A stretch of DNA of 61,120 bases, the filler included, from Sphacelaria rigidula (lineage: Eukaryota), in the NCBI GenBank assembly GCA_964200075.2. It is 10 parts of 10 records of this genome, joined end to end, with 100 filler letters (N's around TTAATTAATTAA, not from the genome) between each part and the next. Parts side by side here need not be neighbours in the genome. Positions count along the whole stretch, not along the records: positions 24,493 to 30,514 come from CAXNAA020022742.1; positions 30,615 to 36,636 come from CAXNAA020022743.1; positions 36,737 to 42,757 come from CAXNAA020022744.1; 7 more parts are not named here. One strand, 5' to 3'. A program made the translations under genes and the position numbers. Numbering within the stretch: the first letter of the stretch is position 1; every line of letters starts with the position of its first letter. Shown here in pieces: positions 25,394 through 36,812 of this stretch. A model generated the notes under the pieces. It did no database searches. It saw nothing but the letters and a program-made list of their open reading frames with translations, and was not told the DNA's origin.

Positions 25394-25833
25394 TTAACCT
25401 TCTGATAGCTATTGACAACTGCTACACGCCATATAAATTTGGATTTCGATCACCGAAATGTTGGGGGACTAGGTGAGAAAACAATTTTGGAAAATTTCGG
25501 GTGTCCAAACGGACGCCAAAATGGTTCCGATTTTTTCTTCACCTAGGACCCCAACATTTCGGTGATCGAAATCCAAACTTCTATGGCGTGTAGCAATCGT
25601 CAATAGCTATCAGAAGGTGAAGAAATGGAACCATATTTCGAAGAAATGGTGTGGATACGAAGATTTTCATTCTTCGGGTTTCTTATCCCCAATTTGTAAC
25701 ATCCTGTGTTAAATATAAAACTATCTTTCGCCACGGGTCACGAAACACACTAGTGTTGTAACCGATTAGGCAAAATAACAGATCATGGTGGTGGGCCTGC
25801 TTCAGTAGTCAATGGACAGGGTGTTGGTGAACT

Positions 25834-25911
25834 TGTCAAGATACCGGTTGACTGCTGAACTAGTCAGCCAGCGCTGGTTGATTGGCTCAGCAGTCAACCG
25901 GTATCTTGACA
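25834..25911. repeat. 78-bp hairpin with perfect 25-bp outer stem
   Basis: TGTCAAGATACCGGTTGACTGCTGA..TCAGCAGTCAACCGGTATCTTGACA, centred on AGCGCT. Confidence 0.9.
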
Positions 25912-26139
25912 TCGACCAAAATCGACGGGTTCGTCGCATTATCCGTAGTAACCTCACCCAAGGGTTGCCATCCCTGTAGCCAATGCTGATAAGTTCAACG
26001 GGTCGACTCACCATACCTCGGCAACATCGAAGTCCTCAAGCTTTTCGACCGCACTCGGTGCTCGCATCGAAGAATATTTTTACTTGAAGAGGGATTCGAA
26101 CCCTAGAACTTAGTTTCCGTGAATATTGAACTTGTTTCC

Positions 26140-28112
26140 GTTCAAATTTGCAATGATTTTTGTATGCGGGCCGAGTGCGAGCATTCAAAAATGTAGGGTG
26201 GGCATTCCGGGGTATTTTTGTTTCAGCTTGTCCTCTCTTGGCGCAGGACTTATTGGCATCATGAAGTCGACGCTACATTGAACAATGTTTTCGTGAATTC
26301 GAGAGTTGAAGATCCAAATGAGAGTGACATCTTTTTCCGACCAGCGTGACATCCACATTTTAAATTATTACACGACACAATGGTTTCTAGCACGATAATA
26401 GGCCCGTTGACCCTTACAGCAGTAGACCTGATGAAATGTTCGCACACCGTGGTTGACAGTGATGACTACTCGATTTTAGCGTTGATCAAATTGAAAAAAA
26501 TTGTTTGTGGCAGGTGAGCAGTGAACCCAGCTCGTCCAGAACGTGTTTTTGTCGACATCGGAGCCTGCCGCGACGATTCGAAGTCTGCCAACGCACATTT
26601 CGCCTAGGGGAAACTATGCACTGTCCTCGCCCGAGGGTCTTGTGCGCCTTGGGTCGGGGTTAGTGTTAGTGTTAGTCTATAGCATTCAATGATGTTCCCC
26701 ATCAAACATAATCCACTAACATTTCTTCACGTCTTTTTCGATAGACCGCGAGGGTAGGTCACGTGGTGAATCGGTATCAGTTTTCACTTGAAGAAAGTAT
26801 TCGTGATCCAAATGGACTACCCCCACCGCGGCGGTCGCCCCGGTGGCTCAGTTGGTATAACCTCGGAATCTTCTGACGGTTGGGCCGTGGGTTCAAATCT
26901 CGGAGCGATCTGGGATTTTTTCTCACACTATGGCCAACAGTGGATAGCGACTCTGTCGTGGGTACACAGGATTCGACTTGATGGTCGACGACTGAAAAGG
27001 ACTGCTGAACCCCTCTCGCGATAAACAATGGGAAGACAAGCGCCGCAAAAGAAAGATGGAGTACCATAAACAAATAGGACGACAACGCACACACCCGAAT
27101 CACGGGCTAAGGGTAAACCCCTTAGACCGCGAGGGTAGTCCATGTGAATCACGCATACCGTTTTCAAGTGACGTTGAAGCCGATTCAACCGATGACCTAC
27201 TACTCTCGTCGTCTAAGGGTCAAGGTCCAGCTCGAAACTTCCCTTGTTATGAGATTCGAAATGATTAACGGCCATCGTACACCTGCAGCAGTCACCTGGC
27301 AACAGCATGTCGTTTGTATGTGCACACTTCCCGGGGCTTTGATGGAATCTGATCGTTCAGGAATTATCCTGGAGGAAGGGATGAACTTCGACAAGTTCAA
27401 CTCTCAATTTCACGAAAACATTGTTTTTGAGCATAACAGAGAACCCGAGCAGCTCGTCTCTCTTTGCGAGCACTACCTCCAATGGCTGTAGAGTATTCCG
27501 CCGTCCCCAACCTCCGACTCATGTCTACACTTGGTTCGTCGAAACGAGCTCCATCACTGAGTCACTCAGTCAGCGCTCACTAAGTAGCTCAGAGATGAAG
27601 TTCGTTCTGACGAACACAAGGAGTGTTTCGAGTTGGGTTCTCGGCGCGATCACTTCTTCTTTCACATGTTCGTGGAAAGATGTCAAAGCGTCCACGCCCA
27701 CCGTGATCACGTCGGCATCGTTGGCGAGGAGCAACCCGCAAAAGGTGCCGAGAGATACGAACGTGCACTTTTTTTGTTCGTCAGAACGAACTCCACCACT
27801 GAGCCACTCAGTCAGCGCTGACTGTTGCTGACTGAGTGACTCAGTGACGGAGTTCGTTCTGACGAGCAAAGTGTAAATACGAGTCGGAGGTTGGGGACAG
27901 CGGAATACTCTACAGCCATTGGAGGTGGTGCTCGCGAAGAGAGACGAGCTGCTCGGGTTCTCTATTTATGCTAAATGTAGCGTTGACTTCATGATGCCAT
28001 CAAGTCCTGCGCCAAGAGAGAACAAGCTAAACAAAAATATCCCGGAATGTCTGCCCTATATATTCGAATGCCCGCACTTGGCCCGCATACGAAAAACATC
28101 GCAAATTTGAAC
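26140..28112. mobile_element. Foldback element with ~360-bp arms; left arm split by a 1.15-kb insertion
   Basis: 26140-26279 plus 27430-27648 are the reverse complement of the contiguous 27744-28112. Confidence 0.8.
26281..27425. mobile_element. TIR element inserted in the foldback arm; itself hosts two TTAA MITEs and a SINE 2 copy (~26833-27100)
   Basis: 30-bp TIR AACAATGTTTTCGTGAA(T/A)T(C/T)GAGAGTTGAA; flanks ATTG and TTTG. Confidence 0.8.
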
Positions 28113-28597
28113 CAAAACATCATTGCTCGATCGTGGGGAAAGCCACCATATGATGAAACTTGATGCACTGGTCGCACATGACACAAGCAATATCTGCACC
28201 GGAGAACAGCTCCTTTCGGCCACCGGACAATTTAGCTGTGCGAATACCGATATGCCGTTGATACGCCCTCAGAACGGCTACCTCGCAGCCTAGATTCTGT
28301 GTTCACTGTGAGTAAAAACATACGTGGACATGGTGGTGCTCTCACTTCCATATCATGAGAATTTGGGAGGATACAGTTCTGGCAAACAAACATGGATCAG
28401 TATTGGCACACCATCTGGATAATGACAAACTGTAGAAAAATAATTCCTTTATCGCATGTAGAGATGCTCACCGCGGGAGTCACAGCCGTACGCGCACTGT
28501 TGTCGCTGCAAGGCACTGAAACTTCGGTCTCATGTCACGTGACCCACAATCAAGCTGGAGTGTTGCAATCAGCTACGTAATGCGAGATAATCATCTC

Positions 28598-28602
28598 GTT
28601 GT

Positions 28603-28673
<71 letters not shown>

Positions 28674-28686
28674 GCTGCTGCTGCTC
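28598..28686. repeat. (GTT)n followed by (GCT)n microsatellite
   Basis: Seen directly; explains the poly-C/V/L/N ORFs. Confidence 0.97.
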
Positions 28687-31229
28687 CTGCTTCCTTTCTT
28701 CTCTCCTCTCGGTGGCTGTTGCTTCTCAGTTGTGTATTTTCTGTTCCTTCCCTTGTTTCTTATGCTGCTCATTTATTGCTGCTCCTAACCACGGGCTGAA
28801 TTGTTGCAACCAGCTAGTGTGAGACAACCAATAAGCCCAAGTGTCTGGATCAAGGGTTAGGCGTTGCAACAGTGCGCGAGGGAATGACCAGAGCTCGGAT
28901 CTTGTTCCGAAAAAAACTTTTTTAATTTTGGCACAGGACTGAATGTTGTAGGTCATCGAGGGTGTTCCGAACGGAGGTCTGGCGTCAAAGGAGTCATGTC
29001 GACCACATGGCACAAATATTGTACTAATGAACCAAAATCGTAGAGTTGCGTTGCCGTACAGTAGTACTGAAGAAGGCCACAAGCATTTCTCTCGCTTGTT
29101 CCTTCAACAACAAGCGACGAACGACAAACTGCCTCTTGCGATCGGCTGAGTCGCGGACTTAGGGCCTCAAGACTCCCCACCATCGCAGAAGTGAGGCAGA
29201 AAAAGATCCGATTAGCTAACGTGTATTGACATGCAGACATGCTGTTCTCGTTTACAGCGTCTTTCCGGCGAATATGATGGATTTCCGTTCCTCGACCGAA
29301 AAACAGGGGACAGGGAATGTGGTGCCGGAACTGAGAATTATTATACGGTATACGATCGGTCGGCGTGAGCGTTTGCCTGGACATAAAACTCAAGTTATCA
29401 CTGGCTCGAGGAAATCAAGCGGCCTGCCACTACAGAAATATTGGTTGTCGTCGGCACAAGCCATGCCTGAACGCAGGTATCTTAATCTAGAGCCCGAGAA
29501 GGGTGTCATCGTATTCCTTCCAACCGCCTAACGTCTATTAATATTGCTCCAAGCGTTGGTTTGTTCCTTGAAACGGTGGTTAAATATCTAACGATGACAC
29601 GGTGACCGTGCTGGGGGATGATTCGGCGGTCTGGTGAACGTATTCAGTACTCTTGTCTTCCACGCGGGCACGTTTTTGGGACGCCTCCGGGACAAGATCA
29701 TTTTTGGCAAGTTGGAGTGCAATCGTGTGGGGAATTTCATGCAACCAGTACCAGTATCCTGGCATGGTGCCGTAGTCGCCGTAGGTTGCCGTATCTTGCC
29801 AAAACAAGACGTCACCGCGCCGAAAACAAAAAAAAGCTTCCGTCGTACCTGATCAATCTGGTCCGGGGAGCAAAGTGCGCTACCGTGAGGGCTCTGACGA
29901 CGTTTTTCTAGAAGCTTTTTGGAAAACCACGCCCCGTCGTATGGGCAACATGACGCGTCTGTTTTTTTTCGCGACGTCATCTATTCCCATGGTATTTTAT
30001 TTGCTTCGTATCCCTTGTTATCTTGCCCTCACGGCTATGATGCGGAGTCATCCACCATTCGGAAGCCCAAGCGGATGCTCTAGGTGCGAATAAAAGATGA
30101 TCTCCCGTAGGTGCTCATCGGTGGGTACATTATGACGAAAAATCACCAGCGAACGTCAACTTGCGTCGTCGCTGGTGTGCCATTCCTCACAGTTGGCCAT
30201 GCGCTGTAAGTACTCGGCACTGGTTCTCGATGCCGCCGCCCCCTTCCGGTAGTTGTTATTTCCATGTTGTTGAATGCATACCCCCTACGGCATGCATGAT
30301 CATGAGTACACCCACGGTGCACCTGATTCCTTGCCGGTATTTACCTTCCGCTCATTCTCGCTTCCCAATACGCCATGCCGTGTTCCCCCCCCCCCCATCT
30401 TTTCTCATTTACTGTTTTCGCCCGTGTCTGTTTTCTTCCGTTGTTCATCTTGGGGTAGTATCACTCAACCCTCTACCCCCATGGTGTGACACCCATGAGG
30501 CAGTGCAACCCGTGNNNNNNNNNNNNNNNNNNNNNNNNNNNNNNNNNNNNNNNNNNNNTTAATTAATTAANNNNNNNNNNNNNNNNNNNNNNNNNNNNNN
30601 NNNNNNNNNNNNNNCTGGCCATTTTTCGTACCTTTCCTCGGCAAAAAACGAGAAGGTATACCTTTTTTAGGCCATTGCCCTTTTCTGTATGTAGTGGAGT
30701 TCATTCCGGTTCCAGCAACTCTCGATTTAGCACGGATTTTGAAGGCAAATGAAGCCAAATTGCCCAAATTTTCTGCCTCCGGCGGCGCCTCCAGCGAGGC
30801 CCCCTCACCAGCCAGGGGGGGCCGACGGGGGCTTGCCTGTGCTCGCCGATTGAATCGGTATATCGGCTGCGCCGATATCCGATGTTCAAAAGATCGGAAA
30901 ACGTAGCCGATTCACGACCGTAGTAAAACAGCAATACCGAACTTTCATTACATGCCAATACCGCAATCAGTACAGAACGGAACAGAAATTGACAGTTTAA
31001 CGTCCATATTAGAAAGCAACGGGTATCGAACGGTTTGCAGCGTGGGAAGCGCGGAATTCCATAGAGGAGAACCCATATGTTCCCCCGCGAGTGTTAGATG
31101 TGATTGCAAAATCTGCCGACCTTCTTGTATACCTGACGGAAGCACAGGGAAGCCGCAGTTCCTCAGACCACTAGAGTCCTTTTAATCATGTTCATGTAGT
31201 TGAAATAATTGAACTGTTTTGTTTTACAG

Positions 31230-31625
31230 AGATTGCGAAATTTGATACATGTTGCTACGCCGGGCGACCTTCATGCAGACGCCAGCCGGTCCAGTAGAGC
31301 GACGAAAGCTAGCTATGATTGGGTTTGCCTGCCGTACTGCCGCCAGCGTTGCTTGAAAGCCACAAGACCCTTGAGGTTGGCGGTTGATGGCGTGGGTGTC
31401 AAATGCGACGACAAGTGGTTGATCATAGAGCACACTTGTTCTTCGTGGGCTCATATGTTGCCCCAGGTGGTAGCGCGTGATCTCGTCACATCGGAATTCA
31501 TTCTTGAAAGCTTCTGTACCGAGATGCTCACTGTCATGAGGAAGAAAGATAAAGGGGCGTTATTTGTTCCCACAGGCAACTTTAGGGCAGGTTGGCTCAC
31601 AGATCGTTCGATCTATCCATGGGAA
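31230..31625 (+). pseudogene. Possible Crypton-type tyrosine recombinase N-terminal remnant
   Basis: SRATKASYDWVC..YC...LESFCTEMLTVMRKKDKG / YLFPQATLGQVGSQIVRSI resembles the Crypton/ZMYM-associated pattern L..F..E.RK.DG..YP..TL..I...I.R; frameshifted; no catalytic motifs seen. Confidence 0.35.
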
Positions 31626-33374
31626 TGCTCCCATAGTTCTGCGGAAGGTTGGTGTACAGACTACGTTCTGGGGAAGGGTGGTGTACAGACTGGTGTACCC
31701 TAGCTGGGGAAGGTTAGTGTGCAGGCTGACATACCCTGGCCCCGAGGAGGCAAAACGCCTTCTCGGGCCGAGGTCGGATAGAATGCGTTCCATGCCCTCT
31801 CGCCCACTCTTGAGCTGCCCTTCGACCCGGACATCTGCTTCTGCTGTTTACCTTTGGTGAGAACAGTGTGCTAGGCGAGCAAGGGAATAATGCACGAGAG
31901 TTACGAGACATCAAGCCTTCGAACTCCTTCTGTCAGTTTGCTACTGTAAACTAACAGTCGCGTGAATCTGTGTGTGAGACACATATCTGCAGCTTGTTCC
32001 ATTCGGACATACTGCACCTTGTGCATCTTACCAAGCTTGCAGCACATTGATCTATCAAGGAAGGTGTGTGGAGTTCTGTCCATACCTCTCCTCATTACAC
32101 TGGCGTCCGACTAATTGGCCGTGTCTTGCTTGGTTTTTCAGTAGCCCACGCGTCGTCTAATAGCCTTGTTGCCTTGTCTAGCTGTCGCTTTCTGTAGCCC
32201 ACGTTTGCTGCTCCTCACTTTTGGTTCACCTGTACTCTTTCCCCCTAGTTAGTAGCAGTTTCAACCGTCCTTCGTTTTCGTTTAGCTTTTAGAGTGCTTT
32301 TGTTTTGCTGCACTACAGTGCTGCCTTTCTGCATTCCTTCACTTGCAACTCCGCCGGAGCAGCCACACTTGCAACCTGCCGTTTGTTCTTCTTCTGCTTT
32401 TTGGTCGCTCCTTTTGCTGGGCCACACTCTTGATTTGCAGTGCCCTTGTTCTGTTGTCATCGTCCTTTTCTGCCCCACATCGTTCGCCGGATATCCCGCC
32501 CAGCACTGCGTGATTGCTCGTTGTAGACCCTTGCGGACAGTTAACATTATATCTTATTGGGCAGATGGGACAGTTGACATTATATCTTATTGGACAGATC
32601 CAACCACGCCGCTTTCATCTACGGCGAAAGCAACTATACCTTTTCTCCTTGCAGGACGTTGCACTTGTGTGCCGTTGCTGTGTTTATAGTGCGGTGTTCT
32701 CTCATCCTTGACACTGACTGCTTAAGTGTTTTCGTTTACCGCTTACAACCACGCTTACCTTTTCGGTGCGACAATTGCGTAGTCGCAACTGCCGCAGTAT
32801 TAGTTGTGATAGTAGCGACCGCCGCTCCAGCGTGCAGAGTATTGTAGTGCACACTACTTTGTTCTTCCGCGCGACAATCTGCACCAACACAATCGATAAT
32901 TCGGTGCTGTACGTCTCTCATCAAACCTCTCATCAGGTTGCTATCACACCTCCGCCCCGCTTCTACATTTTTCGCTGGGTGAGCACTACGTGGTCAACTT
33001 TTCACCTTTGGGTCGTGCATCCCACGACGCGCTTTTCATCTTTTGTGCGTGTACTGGTGGATACATTTTTTTTAATCTTTCACGCGGATACTACATACAC
33101 AGTTTATTTTCCCTTTTGGCCTTGCACTGCGTGTTCCATTTTTTCGTCTTTAGTGCTCCACTACCTGGATCGCTTTACGATTTCCTGATTTCTTGTTCGA
33201 AATTTCGTATCCCCCTGTAGTCTTTTCAGCTTGGCGCCTGATCTGCACCAACAGTTAGTGTTTCAGTCGGCTGCCACAGCTGTCTTCTCTTGGACTCCTG
33301 CACTTGAGTTCTCTGTCTCGCACCCTCGCTGCCGCACTTTTTGATTCTCCTTCTGTATTGAACTTCACAGATAT

Positions 33375-35788
33375 TTGCACATCGCCTCCCTTTTAGCATC
33401 GTGTTCTACACTAGTATTGGTGCCTACTATCGCGGCCGCCGACATCGACACGGATGCAGAAAGCACCCGTGCCACGCCTCACGCTCCCAGCGCGGCGGCG
33501 ACTGCCGCTCCCGCCGCGACGGCCGTGGATGATACCCCCATCACGGCCGCTGATGAGGAATCGGTCACTTCGCCGCAGGCTCCTACCGCCACGGACTCGG
33601 CTCCGGCGCATGCCCCTGGGTCTATCACGGACGACCTCCCCCTGTTGGGCATCGAGCATTGCCGCCGGACCTTCCGCTCCGGCTCTGGTTTCGTGGTCTA
33701 CGCTCGGACCAAGAACAAATTCTTACGGAGTACCATGCATTTCAACCGGACACGCCCCCTGCGCCACCTTCGCCCCGCCAAACGGCGGACGACACTGCCC
33801 ACCGTTGCCTTCATGATGACCTCACGGCACGATTGACGCGCCAACGCCAGGCGGTCGATTCGGCAACCAGCCGTCAGCGGGCGACTCAACGCACTCTCAC
33901 TGAACGCCTTGCTGCGTTCGACCAGATGCGTGACTCCATTCAACGCGATGAACATCGCTTGCGTCAATGCGCCACCGCAACAGAGACTGCGACCACGGCT
34001 TTACGTTCCCTCGAACAGGAGCAACACCTTCCTCTTCTGAGGACCACGCCGAGCGAGCTCGCGCCTGCACCCTCTGCCGCCATTTCCGGCTCAACGGAAG
34101 AACGCCAGCCCTCGCGCCTACACGCTGCTGCCGCGGCTTCTACGGCTAGGCCTACGCGCACCTCGTCTATCCCAGCGCCGGTCCCTCGGGCTTCAGCGCC
34201 CCCTGCCTCCACACATGGGCTGCACCTTCAGGGCAGCGAACGCTGTTGGCTCCCTTGGACGCTACACCAACTTTCCGGGACGTATAACCGCAACAACGTT
34301 CTCAGCGCCTTTGAGCAGGCTTAGCGCTCACTAACTCTGTCCGTCAATAATGTGATCGTCCCCTTCCTTCAGCAAGGAGGACAGCTCCCGCGCAACGACC
34401 CGGGAGCTCTCACCATCGAACGAATCGTGCTCTATCTAACGATTGGTGCCGGGAACAGTCGCCATGCTTATGAGACCGCCGTCGCTGCCCTCTTCGCTGC
34501 TATGCCGGCAGCCCAGAACACGCCGCGCCGGACGATGATGGGGCCTGGATCACGCCTCACCCCCCTCACCACCGTCGTGGTGATGACGACTCTGACGACG
34601 ACCAACTCGGCGCCGTACAACCAGAGGCAGCCATAAACGGTCTGGTCATCAGTCTTCCAGTTCATCAACTTCTAGATACCGTCAGCACACCTCGACGCGA
34701 TCTATGCGGCCCTCACCGGCCGTCAGGCAAGTAACTCCTCCATTAGCAGCTGCGTCTGCTCGCCTTTTAGGTCTCACGGATAGTGATAGTGACGATTCGG
34801 CTCGCCCATTGGCTTCCAACTCGGCTCGGTCACTAGCTGCCGCCGCCGCAGCCAAACGCCAAGCTGCCACGGATATAATGGCTTCGATACTCGTAGAAAA
34901 GCGTCTCGTGAAAGCGAGAGTACGTACAGATGGATGTAAAGAAACGCTGGCATATCAAAACCATGCCTGCTGCAGACAATGAAGACTCTGGTAAGTTTAC
35001 GTCAGCTCTCATTTCCTCACTGCGTCGAACGATGTGCAATATCCTTGAATTGGTCGATGCAACTGGTCAACAACGTTTCGAAGACCCAGACTGGCTTGAT
35101 GAATGGCAAACGTCGCTGCATAAGGCTTTGCACCGCTCAATCAGCCGTCGCTCCCCTGACGTTGTTGCCTTTTTAACGCAGATTCTCGACTCCCTCTTCG
35201 CCGCCATGGATCAAGATTGTGCCAGCGGGCAACCAGCGCCGTTATTATTCAGCAATTTGGAAAGGCGTTCCATGGATTATTTTTATAAGTCTGATCAGGC
35301 AGGCGCCATCAAGCGCCTCAGTTCCTTCGCCGTGGCAACAGACGTGCCCTTTGTTGACTATCTCGGCGAATTCAAGCTTTTGGTGTCAAGTGTGACTGGT
35401 ACCGGGCGACAGAATGGCCCTAGTGATGCCATGTGTCAAACATACGTTCGCAATAGTATCGCTCAGCAATTTCCGACGCTGATGCCGTCTTTGTTTCCGG
35501 GCGCTTTGACGCACAAAGAGATGCCTCACGCCTCCATAGACGCGATGTGGACTGCGTTCGTAGATCAAGAACATAGCTTGACGCCTGCCATCCGTGGCAC
35601 ACAGTGTTCTTCTGGGTCTTCGCAGACCTTGCGTGCCGCATCTACGAACACCTCCGGGTCTCGTGGACGCACTCAAATTTTGTCCAGTAATACTTGGACA
35701 CCCAACTCTGTCGGTGGATCGGTCATGTCTGTTCGTAGAAAAAAAGACCCGCTTCGTGCCAGCTTCGACGCTTGGCCTTTTTCGGCAG
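33375..35788 (+). pseudogene. Decayed multi-frame gag/ORF1-like retroelement protein, cut by the MITE at 35789
   Basis: Successive plus-strand ORFs (Ala/Pro-rich, coiled coil, then a 291-aa helical ORF 34930-35805 with FVDYLGEFKLLV resembling a capsid major-homology-like segment); no splice structure evident. Confidence 0.5.
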
Positions 35789-36812
35789 GACATTTTCTAC
35801 GATAGCCCCCCTAAAAAAGTGCATGGTTTCGGGAGGCAAAATCTTCACGTAAATCGAAATGGAAAAGCCGAACACATCGAGCAGCTGGAACTTCCCACCC
35901 TTGGGTTCGTTCTAGCCAATGTCACCAATATGAGGCGCTTCATGCAGCCTGAACTCAAACATCAGGCGCTGTATGGCCATTTTTTTCGTGGCACTTTTGG
36001 GCTGGTTTTGGGGAGGGCCATCGTAGAAAGTGTCACCGGTCGAATCGTATCTTCGCTGTATACCGTAGGGGTCTTGCGCGGGTGATCTCTACCGTCAGTA
36101 GATACAGATGAAGAAAACAGACAAGCCTTCAATGAAGAAAAAGCAATATCCTTCACACTGTAAATGTTGTCATCAACACGATCCGACCTTCGATGGAACT
36201 CGTCATGTACTTCGCCCATTCATCATACGTAGTATATCTAGGAATCGGTAGCATAGGGCCAATGCTTTTTTCGTCTGCCCTTCCCAATAAACGTTTCTTG
36301 CTAGCGGGCCGCTACTGCAGAAAGTATCATCGGTGCAACAGAGCACAGCAGGCCCGCATGCAAAGAGCGGGTGCCGCTGAATAGCCGTCACAAAATATTA
36401 GGTTCAGAAGTATATATATTTTCAACTTTGCACGATGAAGGAGATACCAACCTATTTTCCGGAACAGCCGGGGTCTCACAACATTGCACACCTTGGACAA
36501 TATATGGTCAATAGTTGCAATAACAAGAAACGTACTGCATCAAGTATAGGCCTATTGCGACTATTGTCGGCCGGCAATAGTTGCAATGTGCCTATACTTT
36601 ATGGAGTACACTTCTCGTCTGTTGCATCTATTGACCNNNNNNNNNNNNNNNNNNNNNNNNNNNNNNNNNNNNNNNNNNNNTTAATTAATTAANNNNNNNN
36701 NNNNNNNNNNNNNNNNNNNNNNNNNNNNNNNNNNNNGTAAATATTTTTTCAGCGCAATTCACCGACTCTGTGAGCTTACAGCGCTGACCAAAACCGTCAT
36801 TTTTCCTGACCG

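Larger units (their letters stand above)
24829..25708. mobile_element. TTAA-type foldback MITE carrying two nested MITEs; uninterrupted copy ~42037-42476
   Basis: Ends CACGGGATCTTACAAATTGGGG / CCCCAATTTGTAA.ATCC.GTG-TTAA; ~190-bp inverted arms. Confidence 0.85.

Noticed and set aside
28532..28822. Poly-Cys, poly-Val, poly-Leu and poly-Asn ORFs
   Set aside because: Translations of a (GTT)n microsatellite
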